NCBI GenBank assembly: GCA_016124205.1
Contig: WGOD01000004.1
Location: 8,345-72,344, forward strand
From: Alphaproteobacteria bacterium
Lineage (GTDB): Bacteria > Pseudomonadota > Alphaproteobacteria > Caulobacterales > Maricaulaceae
Direction of reading: 5' to 3'
DNA length: 64,000 nucleotides
Part shown: in pieces, positions 10,102 to 19,350 of the stretch
Layout of the letters: each line of letters starts with the position of its first letter
How positions within the stretch are numbered: position 1 is the stretch's first letter
The notes under the pieces: model-generated
The model's input: only the letters and a program-made list of their open reading frames with translations
Told to the model about the DNA's origin: nothing
The model's database searches: none
Made by a program: the position numbers and the translations under genes

Positions 10102-11018
10102 CTGGACTGGCTCTTCAGGTGATCCCGGAGATCACCGAACAGATCCGCGAAGGCCGCTTCGGCGCCGGAAAAGCCGCGCGCGGTTGCCAAGCCGGACTGT
10201 CCCGCTGCGAAGGCTTCGAAGTCATCGATTTGCTGCGGCATTGCTGCACCTCCGGTCTCGACGGTTTCGACCCGGCGCAGCCATCCGCCCCCCCCGATCC
10301 AGACCTCGCCCGTGCGGTCATGGTGCGGACTGACCAGCCAGGACGCGGCCGGTGCGATCCGGTCCGGTGCCAGGAGGGCGTCAGGATTGTCGGGATCGTC
10401 CGCGCCGGTCATGCGCGTCGCGGCATAGGGGCAAAGCACGTTGAAGGTGATGCCCTTGCCGCGCCATTCATCCGCCAAGGTGAAGGCAAAGGCGTTGAGC
10501 GCCCCCTTGGACGCGGCGTAGTGGGCGCGGCCCTTCACCCCGTAGAGCCCCGCCGAGGACGAGATGAAGAGCACACGTCCCGAGCCAGTGGCCGAAAGCC
10601 TTTCAAGGCACGACGCGACGATCTGGGCGTTGGCGAAGAAGTTGGTCTCCATCACCTGGCGGACTTCGGCGAGCGTTCCGCCCGAAAAGCGGACGGCCTC
10701 GCCGGCAGTGCCGGCGTTCAGAACCAGCGTGTCGACATGGCCGAAGGCATCGACGGCTGCCTCAGCCATCCGTGTGCCCGCCTCGGGGTCGGTTACGTCA
10801 GAGTGTTCCGCGATGGCCTGACCGCCGGACGTGCGGATGCTTTCGGCCACCGTTTCGGCCTCGTCGGATGCCCCCGGGCGAATGCGATTGTTGACGACAA
10901 CGGCGGCGCCATGCTGTGCGAGCGATCTTGCGAAGGCAGCGCCCAGACCCTTGCCGGCCCCCGTGATGATGGCGACCCGGCCCTCAAGGGCTTTGTGACC
11001 GTGGGAGTTCTTGTCCAT
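10098..11018 (-). CDS. SDR, MFE-2/3-hydroxyacyl-CoA dehydrogenase-like
   Basis: ITGAGKGLG, VVVNN, SSSAGLYG, YAASK, PYAATRMT. Confidence 0.85.
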   Translation of the reverse strand: MDKNSHGHKALEGRVAIITGAGKGLGAAFARSLAQHGAAVVVNNRIRPGASDEAETVAESIRTSGGQAIAEHSDVTDPEAGTRMAEAAVDAFGHVDTLVLNAGTAGEAVRFSGGTLAEVRQVMETNFFANAQIVASCLERLSATGSGRVLFISSSAGLYGVKGRAHYAASKGALNAFAFTLADEWRGKGITFNVLCPYAATRMTGADDPDNPDALLAPDRIAPAASWLVSPHHDRTGEVWIGGGGWLRRVETVETGGAAMPQQIDDFEAFAAGQSGLATARGFSGAEAAFADLFGDLRDHLKSQSR

Positions 11019-11037
11019 GGCCCGAAATTACGGGCCT

Positions 11038-11055
11038 TGGTTTCCTAATGCAAGC
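11038..11055 (-). promoter_or_regulatory. Island 18-bp motif overlapping a putative -35 hexamer
   Basis: Minus strand GCTTGCATTAGGAAACCA; TTGCAT-N17-TAATTT-N6-ATG(11018). Confidence 0.65.
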
Positions 11056-11083
11056 GACAACTCGGTGGCGCGCAAAGCCGCGT

Positions 11084-12058
11084 TCAGGCGTCCGCCGACT
11101 GTCGCTCGCCGGCCTGGGCCGGATCGGTCAGCCCGTGCACTTCGAACTGCACGTCTTCCGGCGACAACGGTTCATGGCAATGCGAACAGACGACCTCGGC
11201 CTTCAGGCTGTTGCCGCACGGCTTGTGCTCGAGAATGAGCGGCGGGCCCTCCGGCGCGACATAGTATTTGTCGCCCCACTGCAGCAGCATCAGCAGGATG
11301 GGATAGTAGTCGATCGCTTTTTCGGTGAGTCGGTAGTCATGCCGCGGCGGGCGGTCCGAATACTGGTGCAATTCCAGCATGTCGATCTCGCACAGCCAGG
11401 TCAGGCGTTCGGACAGGACATTGGTCGCAATCGCCGTGTCCTCGCAGATCTCGTCGAAACGGCGAAGCCCGGTAAAGATCGATCGCAGCACAAGGCTGGC
11501 CCACCGATCGCCGGTAATCTGGGCAACATGGTCGTGCAGGATGGATGTGCCCTGGCGATTGGTCGCGTTGTCGCGCTGGCGCCGGCGGCGGGAATAGGTC
11601 GGTGCCATCCAGCCGATGCCCGGTCCTTCGCTCCAGTTCATGTCCTTGGCGCGGATTTCCTCGCCACAGTCCGAACAGGCCGGCATGGGTTCGAAGGTAT
11701 GACCGCACGTCGTATGACGCAGCGTGACGGTCAGCTTGTCCTTCTCGGGGGCCCAGCGCTGTTCCCAGCGCAGCATCATGAGGGCTGACCAGTAGAGATC
11801 CCGGCCCTTCTCGGTCAGCTGGTATTCGAAACGGCGCGGTGCTTCGCTGTAGGGCCGAAGTTCAAGCACGCCCGAGGCGACAAGCTTCTTGAGCCGGTTG
11901 CTCAGCAGGGGCTTCAGAAGCCCGGTCCGGGAGCGGATTTCCTCGAACCGCCGGGCGCCGAGCCAGCTGGCTTCGAGAATGAGCAGGGTCGATGTGTCGC
12001 CGACGACCTCAAGGGCGCGCCAGATCGAACATGTTCGAATGAATTTCTGTTCCGACAT
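11084..12058 (-). CDS. Tandem (two-domain) HxlR/DUF24 winged-helix transcriptional regulator
   Basis: Two homologous halves (CSIWRALEVVGD...LSNRLKKL...EYQLTEKG and QITGDRW...LSERLTWL...DYRLTEKA), each followed by HxxC...CxxC. Confidence 0.9.
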   Translation of the reverse strand: MSEQKFIRTCSIWRALEVVGDTSTLLILEASWLGARRFEEIRSRTGLLKPLLSNRLKKLVASGVLELRPYSEAPRRFEYQLTEKGRDLYWSALMMLRWEQRWAPEKDKLTVTLRHTTCGHTFEPMPACSDCGEEIRAKDMNWSEGPGIGWMAPTYSRRRRQRDNATNRQGTSILHDHVAQITGDRWASLVLRSIFTGLRRFDEICEDTAIATNVLSERLTWLCEIDMLELHQYSDRPPRHDYRLTEKAIDYYPILLMLLQWGDKYYVAPEGPPLILEHKPCGNSLKAEVVCSHCHEPLSPEDVQFEVHGLTDPAQAGERQSADA

Positions 12059-12108
12059 CGTTTGCCCGAGCCCGCTTGCGCCAGGGGAATGGCCCCCGCA
12101 GCACGCTC

Positions 12109-12126
12109 GCTTTCAAATGCGTACCA
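12109..12126 (+). promoter_or_regulatory. Island 18-bp motif upstream of the regulator (possible autoregulation)
   Basis: GCTTTCAAATGCGTACCA, 50 bp upstream of the ATG at 12058. Confidence 0.55.
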
Positions 12127-12195
12127 ACTCCTAAGTACGTGGCATGGTGACCGGATTCAAGCGCAAGCGGGGCTGCGCGACGTTGTGACGCCGAT

Positions 12196-13539
12196 CTAGT
12201 GAACCTGTTCGCGTGCTGCGTAACGTGCCGACAGGAAGAAGAGCAGGGCGGCAATCGCAAACGCGAAGGGCGAAACCCAGGCGATTGCATAGCGAATGCC
12301 GTCTCCTCCGGGGAAGAAGGTGTCGCCTACCAGGGCGGTGGCCGTCGGACCGGCGCCGAGACCGATCAGGTTCACGATGAAGAGGTAGATGGCGGAGACG
12401 GTGGCGCGCATACGGTTCGGCGTCAGCTGCTGCAGCGCGCTCGCTGCTGCGCCGATCGGCACGGCCGCCGAGGCAAAGAAGATGACAAAGGCGGCTGCGG
12501 CCATCCAGGGTGAAGAGACAAGCGGAAAGATCACAGCGAAGACGGTCCCGACGATTGCAGCAAATCCGCAGAACGCCAGACGGCCCTGAGGCAGTCCGCC
12601 GCCGATGCGGTCGGTGAGGGCACCCCCGCCGACAAGGCCTATCAGGCCGCCGAGGATCAGCGCGCCGCCCGCGAGATTGCCTGCCCCTGAAAGGTCGAAA
12701 CCGTGCACACGGATCAGCAGGACCGGAAGCCAGGAGACCGCCGCAAAAACTGCGAAATTCACCATGGCGACAGCGAAGCAGAGGCCGAGAACCGATCCGG
12801 CCTTCCTGAAGGTGAACTCGATCACGGCGGAGATCGAAGCGATATCGCGGCCACCCGGTGCGGAAGCGCCGCGCCGGACGGGTTCAGGCATCAGCATGAT
12901 CAGTCCGGCGACAAGAAGTCCCGGAAGGCCGACGATGAAGAAGGTTGCCTGCCACGCGCGCAATTCGCCGAGGATCGGCAGGGTGACGGATCCGGATTCG
13001 GAAATCAGACGGATAACGGCCGCACCGATCAGGAAGGCCAGGCCGGCCCCGGCCGCGGAGCCAAGACCGTAGATGCCCATGGCGAGGCCGAGACGGCGTT
13101 TCGGGAACAGGTCGGGAATGATCGAATAGGCGGCGGGAGACAGTGTGGCCTCGCCCACCCCGACACCCATCCGGGCCAGAAACAGATGCCAGTATTGCGT
13201 GGCCATGCCGCATACCGCGGTCATGAAGCTCCAGAGCGCCACACCGCCAGCGATGATCGGGAGGCGGGCCGACCGGTCGATCATCCGTCCGATGGGCAGG
13301 CCGACGATCGTGTAGAAGAGGGCGAAGGCGAAACCCTGAAGCAGGCTCACCTGTGTATCGGACAGGCCGAGATCGGCCTTCAAGGGTTCGACCAGAAGGC
13401 CGATGATCATCCGGTCGATGAAGGACAGGATGTAGGCCAGGAAAAGGACGGCCACCATGGCCCACGCCAAGGCAGGCGGCGGATAGGCTTCTTCCTCGGC
13501 AGGGTTTGCCGGGGCGCCGGCGGCCGTCGTCTCGCTCAT
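12196..13539 (-). CDS. MFS transporter, spinster-like
   Basis: LSFIDRMIIGLLVEPLKADLGLSD, GRMIDRS, RMGVGVGEATLSP. Confidence 0.92.
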   Translation of the reverse strand: MSETTAAGAPANPAEEEAYPPPALAWAMVAVLFLAYILSFIDRMIIGLLVEPLKADLGLSDTQVSLLQGFAFALFYTIVGLPIGRMIDRSARLPIIAGGVALWSFMTAVCGMATQYWHLFLARMGVGVGEATLSPAAYSIIPDLFPKRRLGLAMGIYGLGSAAGAGLAFLIGAAVIRLISESGSVTLPILGELRAWQATFFIVGLPGLLVAGLIMLMPEPVRRGASAPGGRDIASISAVIEFTFRKAGSVLGLCFAVAMVNFAVFAAVSWLPVLLIRVHGFDLSGAGNLAGGALILGGLIGLVGGGALTDRIGGGLPQGRLAFCGFAAIVGTVFAVIFPLVSSPWMAAAAFVIFFASAAVPIGAAASALQQLTPNRMRATVSAIYLFIVNLIGLGAGPTATALVGDTFFPGGDGIRYAIAWVSPFAFAIAALLFFLSARYAAREQVH

Positions 13540-14012
13540 CGGGCTTCGCTGTCGAAGTCCGAGGACAGGCCCATGGCCTCAAGCAGTTCGGCACGGTCGT
13601 AGTATTCGCGCCACTCGGTGATCAGGCCGTCGTCATTGACCTCGATGACGCCCACGACCGGAACGGAACCGGCGTGACCGTTGAACACGAATTCGTCGGT
13701 CCGTTCGATGAAGACGACGTCGTCGACGACACCGATGTGATGGATGTTCAGCGTGATCTCGGAAATGCCTTCGGCGATGTGGCCGATACGGTTTCCGATC
13801 GCTTCGCGGCCGATGATCGGCTCCACCATCATCGAATGGAGCGAGCCATCCTCGGCGAACAGGTTCGTGACGCGGTCCCAGTCCTGGGTGTTCCAGGCGT
13901 CGACCATGTCCATCACCACAGCAACCCGGGGATCGTCCGCGGCTTCGTGATGGTCGGCCAACGCGGCAGGCGCAAGCATTGCCGCGGTTGCGGCGGCCAG
14001 TATCAGTCGCAT
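13536..14012 (-). CDS. Exported limonene-1,2-epoxide hydrolase family protein
   Basis: Signal peptide MRLILAAATAAMLAPAALA; FIERTDEF; ITEWREYYD. Confidence 0.85.
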   Translation of the reverse strand: MRLILAAATAAMLAPAALADHHEAADDPRVAVVMDMVDAWNTQDWDRVTNLFAEDGSLHSMMVEPIIGREAIGNRIGHIAEGISEITLNIHHIGVVDDVVFIERTDEFVFNGHAGSVPVVGVIEVNDDGLITEWREYYDRAELLEAMGLSSDFDSEAR

Positions 14013-14025
14013 GTTACTCTCCCGT

Positions 14026-14043
14026 CAGTTTTGTTTTGCAAGT
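14026..14043 (-). promoter_or_regulatory. Island 18-bp motif
   Basis: Minus strand ACTTGCAAAACAAAACTG, just upstream of the RBS and ATG at 14012. Confidence 0.55.
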
Positions 14044-14094
14044 CATAAGAACCGGTCGCAAACCGCCCGTCAAGCGAAAGCGGACCGGAGCCAT

Positions 14095-14502
14095 CTAGAG
14101 CAGGGGAAGCACCCAGTCAGGCGGTGGCTTGCCCTGCTGCGCGTCGGCAATTGCTGCGCTGTCGACATGGTCCCGCCAGCGCCAGATCAGACCGTCGCGA
14201 AACTCGAACACCCCGGCATAGGGAGTACGGATACGAACGCCGTCCGCGTTCACATAGTCGTCGACGCCTTCGACGAAAAGCAGGTCTCCGGACTCGGCCT
14301 GGCGGTGGATCCTCCAGGCGATCTCGGTCTGGCCTGATCCGAACTTCTCCAGAAATTTCCTGACTTTATCTCGCCCTTCAAGGGGGCGCGAGCCGACGTG
14401 ATAGTGATACACGACATCGGGGTGGAGCTTGCCGAGAATGGTCTCCACATCGCCGCGCTTCCACGCTGCGATGATCGCACGGACGGTATCGATATGCGCC
14501 AT
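14095..14502 (-). CDS. LEH/SnoaL-like protein
   Basis: Start MAHIDTVRAII at 14502; FVEGVDDY; IWRWRDHVD; paralogue of 8592-9035. Confidence 0.8.
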   Translation of the reverse strand: MAHIDTVRAIIAAWKRGDVETILGKLHPDVVYHYHVGSRPLEGRDKVRKFLEKFGSGQTEIAWRIHRQAESGDLLFVEGVDDYVNADGVRIRTPYAGVFEFRDGLIWRWRDHVDSAAIADAQQGKPPPDWVLPLL

Positions 14503-14545
14503 GTTCCAGCTCCCGGCTTGCCAGGATGCCGAGTCTAGGCCGGGA

Positions 14546-14563
14546 TGGTTCGTTTCAGCAAGC
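14546..14563 (-). promoter_or_regulatory. Island 18-bp motif
   Basis: Minus strand GCTTGCTGAAACGAACCA upstream of 14502. Confidence 0.5.
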
Positions 14564-14600
14564 CACTCTTGGTGATGGCCGTCCCGGAGGGCGATTGCCA

Positions 14601-14656
14601 TTGACTTTGCCAAAGCCCCGGCAATAGCTTTCAGAGAAAATTGCATAAGATTACCG
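14601..14656 (+). promoter_or_regulatory. Putative sigma70 promoter followed by the island 18-bp motif
   Basis: TTGACT-N18-TAGCTT (14601-14630), then AATTGCATAAGATTACCG (14639-14656), 12 bp before the ATG at 14669. Confidence 0.55.
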
Positions 14657-14668
14657 AGGTACGATTTT

Positions 14669-16471
14669 ATGGCCGCCTACCGCGAGGTTGCCTTTCCCCC
14701 TGTCGATCTGGAGGTCGAACACCGTCCGGACGGGACGCTGGTCCTGACGCCGCGCGACCCCTTGCGGATTATCCATCGTACGGTGCCGGAAGGCCTGGCA
14801 CACCAGGCCGGCCAGCAGGGCGACAAGACTCATCTGGCCGAAAGACCCGCTCCGGGTGCGCCTTGGCGCAGCGTGACCTTTGCCGAGACCAAGGCGATGG
14901 CCGACGCGGTCTCTCAATTCCTGATCGATCAGGGCATCGCGCCCGGCCGGCCGGTGATGATCGTTTCAGGCAATTCCATCGCCCACGCCGTGATGCGCTA
15001 CGGCGCGATGGGGGCGGGGGTGCCGGTCTGCCCGGTCAGCGCCAATTACGCGCTTCTGGGAGCCGGAGGCGGGTTCGAGCGGCTTCGCTATGTGGCCGAG
15101 ATGGTCAATCCGGCGGTGATTTTCGCCGAGGACGCCGCCTATGCGCCGGCCGTGAAGGCCGTTGCCCCACCGGACGCCATCGTGATCACGCGGTCGCCGG
15201 ACGCATTCGGCCGGTCCGCTCACAACTTCGATACCGTCGTGAAGACGCCTGCCGGAGCTGAAGTCGCGAAGCGGATCGCGGCGATCGATATCGACGCGCC
15301 GACCGCCTACATGCTGACCTCCGGTTCGACCGGGAAGCCGAAGGCCGTCATCCATACCCAGCGGATGATCTCCGCCAATCTGCATCAGGGCTGGCAGGTC
15401 CTGGGCAAGGCGGCAGGCTGGGACGACGTGTTGCTGGAATGGCTGCCGTGGAGCCATGTCTCCGGCGCGTTCTCGTCTATGGCGGCGGCGATTTTCGGTG
15501 GCACCTTCTACATCGACGGGGGCAAGCCGCTGCCGGGTCTGTTCGATCAGACGATCGAGAATCTTCGCGAAATTCCGCTGAAGTATTTCACGAACGTTCC
15601 GGCCGGTTACGCGATGCTGGCGGACGCGCTGGAGACGGATGCGGTTCTCCGCAAGACCTTCTTCGAGAAGCTTCAGTTGATGCTCTATGGCGGGGCGGGT
15701 CTGCCCCAGCCGGTTTTCGACCGGATCCAGTCGCTCGCCGAGGCTGAAACCGGCCACCACATCTTCATGACGACGGGCTATGGCGCGACCGAGACGACGT
15801 CGGGCTGCATGTCGATCTATTTCCACTCAGAGAAAGTCGGAATCGGCCTGCCCATGCCGGGCTTGTCGGTAAAGCTCATCCCGCTCGATGGCGACCGCTA
15901 CGAAGTGCGGATGAAGGGCGAGATGGTCACGCCCGGCTATCTCGGCCGGCCAGATCTCGAGGACAAGATCCGCGACGAGGATGGCTTCTATCGTATTGGC
16001 GACACCGCGAGCTTCCACGATCCGGATGACATCAATCAGGGACTCGCCTTTGCCGGGCGGCTGGCCGAGGAATTCAAGCTCGATACCGGTACCTTCGTGC
16101 GCGGCGGAAACGTGCGCAACGAGCTGGTCCGCGTGTGCGCGCCCTGGCTGGCAGACGCCGTGATCTGCGGGGAAAACCTGCCCTACGTCGCCATCCTCGC
16201 CTGGCCGTCGCCCAAGGCGCTGGCTGACGGCCGGGACCCGGCGGCGCTGCTCGCCGAGAAGATCGCCGCATACAATGCCGGTTGCGCGGGTTCGAGTGAA
16301 CGCGTGCGCCGGTTCGCCATCCTGACCGACCCACCGAATGCCGAACGGCATGAAGTGTCGGACAAGGGAAGCATCAACCAGGAAGCCGCAAGACGAAATC
16401 GCCGCGCCGATGTGGAACGGCTCTTTGCCGAACCGCCGGGTGAAGGCGTGGTCGTCTGCGCGCCGAACTGA
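14669..16471 (+). CDS. Feruloyl-CoA synthetase-like acyl-CoA ligase
   Basis: [59 protein letters not shown]: typical of the Fcs subfamily. Confidence 0.85.
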   Translation: MAAYREVAFPPVDLEVEHRPDGTLVLTPRDPLRIIHRTVPEGLAHQAGQQGDKTHLAERPAPGAPWRSVTFAETKAMADAVSQFLIDQGIAPGRPVMIVSGNSIAHAVMRYGAMGAGVPVCPVSANYALLGAGGGFERLRYVAEMVNPAVIFAEDAAYAPAVKAVAPPDAIVITRSPDAFGRSAHNFDTVVKTPAGAEVAKRIAAIDIDAPTAYMLTSGSTGKPKAVIHTQRMISANLHQGWQVLGKAAGWDDVLLEWLPWSHVSGAFSSMAAAIFGGTFYIDGGKPLPGLFDQTIENLREIPLKYFTNVPAGYAMLADALETDAVLRKTFFEKLQLMLYGGAGLPQPVFDRIQSLAEAETGHHIFMTTGYGATETTSGCMSIYFHSEKVGIGLPMPGLSVKLIPLDGDRYEVRMKGEMVTPGYLGRPDLEDKIRDEDGFYRIGDTASFHDPDDINQGLAFAGRLAEEFKLDTGTFVRGGNVRNELVRVCAPWLADAVICGENLPYVAILAWPSPKALADGRDPAALLAEKIAAYNAGCAGSSERVRRFAILTDPPNAERHEVSDKGSINQEAARRNRRADVERLFAEPPGEGVVVCAPN

Positions 16472-16498
16472 CCGGCGCGCCGGGGAGGGGAAGAGAAG

Positions 16499-17308
16499 AT
16501 GCCTGAATTCGCGAGCGTTCTCGCCATCAATTTCGCGGTCCTCATGGCCTGCATGCTGACTCTCTGGCTGATCTCGATCGCCCTCAAGGATGTCAGCTTC
16601 ATCGACAGCTTCTGGGCGGCGGGCTTCGTCATCGTCGCGGCGGTGACCTACGCGATCACGCCGGGCGGCGACGCGGAGCGGCGCATGCTGCTGTTGGCAA
16701 TCACCGCGGTCTGGGGCGTGCGTCTGGCCGGCTACCTCTTGTGGCGCTGGCGCAAGGAGGGGGCGGACAAGCGCTATGTCGCCCTGCTGTCCAAGGCGAA
16801 AGGCAATGTGCATGTGCACAGCCTGACCAAGGTGTTCCTGCTGCAGGGCGTGCTGCTCTGGGTCGTCTCCCTGCCGGTTCAGCTGGGACAGATTCCGGCC
16901 ACGCCCGCCGGGGTCGGTATCATCGGCTGGGTGGGTGCCGCGCTCTGCATCATCGGCATCTTCTTCGAATCCGTCGGCGACTGGCAGATGGCACGCTTCA
17001 AGGGCGACCCGGCCAATGCCGGAAAGGTCATGGACAAGGGGCTGTGGCGCTATACGCGGCACCCGAATTATTTCGGCGATGCCTGTGTCTGGTGGGGGCT
17101 CTACCTGATCGCGGCTGAGACCATGCTCGGCCTGTTCGCCCTGCCGGGACCCGTGGTGATCACCTTCCTCCTGCTGACCTGGAGCGGAGCCGGTTTGCTG
17201 GAGCGCCGCCTGAAGCGCTCGCGGCCCGAATACGAAGACTATATCCGCCGCACGAGCGGCTTCATCCCGATGCCGCCGCGCCAGTCGCGCCCGGCCAATG
17301 ACGCCTGA
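16499..17308 (+). CDS. DUF1295 (steroid 5-alpha-reductase-like) membrane protein
   Basis: DVSFIDSFW, WGVRLAGYL, DKRY, GLWRYTRHPNYFGD, YIRRTSGFIP. Confidence 0.9.
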   Translation: MPEFASVLAINFAVLMACMLTLWLISIALKDVSFIDSFWAAGFVIVAAVTYAITPGGDAERRMLLLAITAVWGVRLAGYLLWRWRKEGADKRYVALLSKAKGNVHVHSLTKVFLLQGVLLWVVSLPVQLGQIPATPAGVGIIGWVGAALCIIGIFFESVGDWQMARFKGDPANAGKVMDKGLWRYTRHPNYFGDACVWWGLYLIAAETMLGLFALPGPVVITFLLLTWSGAGLLERRLKRSRPEYEDYIRRTSGFIPMPPRQSRPANDA

Positions 17309-17325
17309 ACGGGGAGGGACACATC

Positions 17326-18807
17326 ATGCCCATCGAAAAGGTGAATACGGTTCCGCACCTGCCACCCCTCAGCGACCATCCGTATACGACGGGTGCCTGG
17401 ACGCCGGTGTTCGACGAATACAATGCCGATGACGGTCTGGACGTGATCGGCGAGATTCCGACCGACATTGACGGCGTCTATGTCCGCAACAGCGAAAATC
17501 CCGCCTTCGGGTCGATCGGGCTCTATCACCCCTTCGACGGGGACGGGATGATCCACATCATGTCTTTCCGTGACGGGAAGGCGAGCTATCGCAACCGTTT
17601 CGTGCGGACCAAGGGTCTGATGGCGGAGATCGAGGCGGGCCGTCCGCTGTGGGCCGGGATTGCCGGCAATCCCGCGGAGTCCACCCGTCCGGGCTGGGGC
17701 GCGCACGAACGGATCAAGGATGCATCCTCGACCGATGTCGTCGTGCATGCCGGGCAGATCCTGTCGACCTTCTACCAGTGCGGCGAAGGCTACCGGCTCG
17801 ACCCGTACACGCTCGACCAGTTCGGGACGGAGGGTTGGGTGCCGCTCGACGGCATTTCCGCCCACCCGAAGGTGGACGAGGCGACGGGCGAGCTGTTGTT
17901 CTTCAACTACTCCACCCATGCGCCCTACATGCATTACGGCGTCGTCGGGCCGGACAACCGGCTGAAGCACTACATCCCGGTCGAGCTGCCGGGGCCACGC
18001 CTGCCGCACGACATGGCGTTCACGAAGAACTATTCGATCATTGCGGACCTGCCGCTGTTCTGGGACCCGAAAGTCCTGGCGATGGGGCGTCATGCGGCGC
18101 GCTTCTATCCCGACATTCCGACCCGGTTCGCGATCATCCCGCGCTATGGCTCGCCGGACGAGATCCGCTGGTTCGAGGCCGACCCGACCTATGTGCTGCA
18201 CTGGATGAATGCATGGGAGGAGGGCGACGAGATCGTCCTCGACGGATATTTCCAGGAAGACCCGGCACCGCGTCCGCTCCAGAACCAGTACAACGATCCG
18301 CAGCTCGGTCAGTTGATGGCCTATCTCGACGAGGCGTCGTTCAAGCCGAAGCTGCACCGCTGGCGGTTCAACCTGAAGACCGGCGAGACGAAGGAAAGCC
18401 ACCTCGACGACCGGCTGCTCGAATTCGGCAGCTTCAATCAGCAATATGCCGGTCAGAAGACGCGTTACCTCTATTCCACCTACACCGAGCCGGGCTGGTT
18501 CCTGTTCAACGGGCTGGTGAAGCACGATTTCGAGACCGGCAAATCGCAAAAGCTGGATCTCGGCGAAGGCCGCTATGGCAGCGAAACGCCGTTTGCGCCG
18601 CGTATCGGGGCGAAGGACGAGGATGACGGCTATCTCGTCAGCTTCGTGATCGACATGAAGGAGAACCGGTCCGAATGCGTCCTCATCGACGCGAAGGATA
18701 TCGAGGCCGGACCGGTCTGCCGGATCATCCTGCCGCACCGGATTTCCAGCGGCACGCATGCCACCTGGGCCGATGGCCCGACCATCCGCGCAGCGCAGGC
18801 CGCCTGA
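17326..18807 (+). CDS. Carotenoid cleavage oxygenase / lignostilbene dioxygenase family protein 1
   Basis: YHPFDGDGM; four Fe-binding His in ISAHPK, LPHDMAF, VLHWMNAWE, SGTHATW; EDDGYL. Confidence 0.92.
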   Translation: MPIEKVNTVPHLPPLSDHPYTTGAWTPVFDEYNADDGLDVIGEIPTDIDGVYVRNSENPAFGSIGLYHPFDGDGMIHIMSFRDGKASYRNRFVRTKGLMAEIEAGRPLWAGIAGNPAESTRPGWGAHERIKDASSTDVVVHAGQILSTFYQCGEGYRLDPYTLDQFGTEGWVPLDGISAHPKVDEATGELLFFNYSTHAPYMHYGVVGPDNRLKHYIPVELPGPRLPHDMAFTKNYSIIADLPLFWDPKVLAMGRHAARFYPDIPTRFAIIPRYGSPDEIRWFEADPTYVLHWMNAWEEGDEIVLDGYFQEDPAPRPLQNQYNDPQLGQLMAYLDEASFKPKLHRWRFNLKTGETKESHLDDRLLEFGSFNQQYAGQKTRYLYSTYTEPGWFLFNGLVKHDFETGKSQKLDLGEGRYGSETPFAPRIGAKDEDDGYLVSFVIDMKENRSECVLIDAKDIEAGPVCRIILPHRISSGTHATWADGPTIRAAQAA

Positions 18808-18815
18808 AGGAGAGG

Positions 18816-19349
18816 ATGATGACCGGAAACACGCTCGAAACCCTGATCGCTAAGCAGGACATCCGCGACATTCTTTCCCGATATGCGCGCGGGGTGGACC
18901 GTGCCGACGGACCGCTTCTGGCCTCCTGCTATCATGCTGACGCCATCGAGGAGCACGGCAACACGTATAACGGGCCGGCCATTGCGTATGCGCACGGCGC
19001 CGCCGAGCGGATGATGAAGATGAAGCATCCGATGGCGCACTATGTCTGCAACAGCCACTTCGAGTTCGAGGGCGAGACAACCTGTTTCGTCGAGAGCTAT
19101 GTGCTGACCTTTGCCCGGTTCGAGAATGACAAAGGCGAGCCCTATGACACGCTGACCGGCGGACGCCTGTTCGACAAGTTCGAGAAGCGCGACGGGGTCT
19201 GGAAGATCGCGCACCGCAAGATGACGCTCGACTGGAACCGCGACATGCCGGCTAGCGAGACCTGGTGTCTGGGCCTGTTCAAGCCCGACGATCCCAAGCT
19301 GCATATCGGCACGCGCGGCACCGCCGACCTGACCTATTCCCGGTTCTGA
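18816..19349 (+). CDS. NTF2/SnoaL_4-like protein (LinA/BaiE-like)
   Basis: Start at 18816 or 18819 after the AGGAGAGG RBS; YARGVDRAD, YHADAIEEHG, MAHYVCN, DKFEKRDGVWKIAHR. Confidence 0.85.
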   Translation: MMTGNTLETLIAKQDIRDILSRYARGVDRADGPLLASCYHADAIEEHGNTYNGPAIAYAHGAAERMMKMKHPMAHYVCNSHFEFEGETTCFVESYVLTFARFENDKGEPYDTLTGGRLFDKFEKRDGVWKIAHRKMTLDWNRDMPASETWCLGLFKPDDPKLHIGTRGTADLTYSRF

Positions 19350-19350
19350 G

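Noticed and set aside
14669-16471. Calling the island a ferulate/lignin (fcs-ech-vdh) pathway
   Set aside because: No feruloyl-CoA hydratase/lyase, vanillin dehydrogenase, O-demethylase or ring-cleavage dioxygenase is present; Fcs-like similarity alone does not fix the substrate
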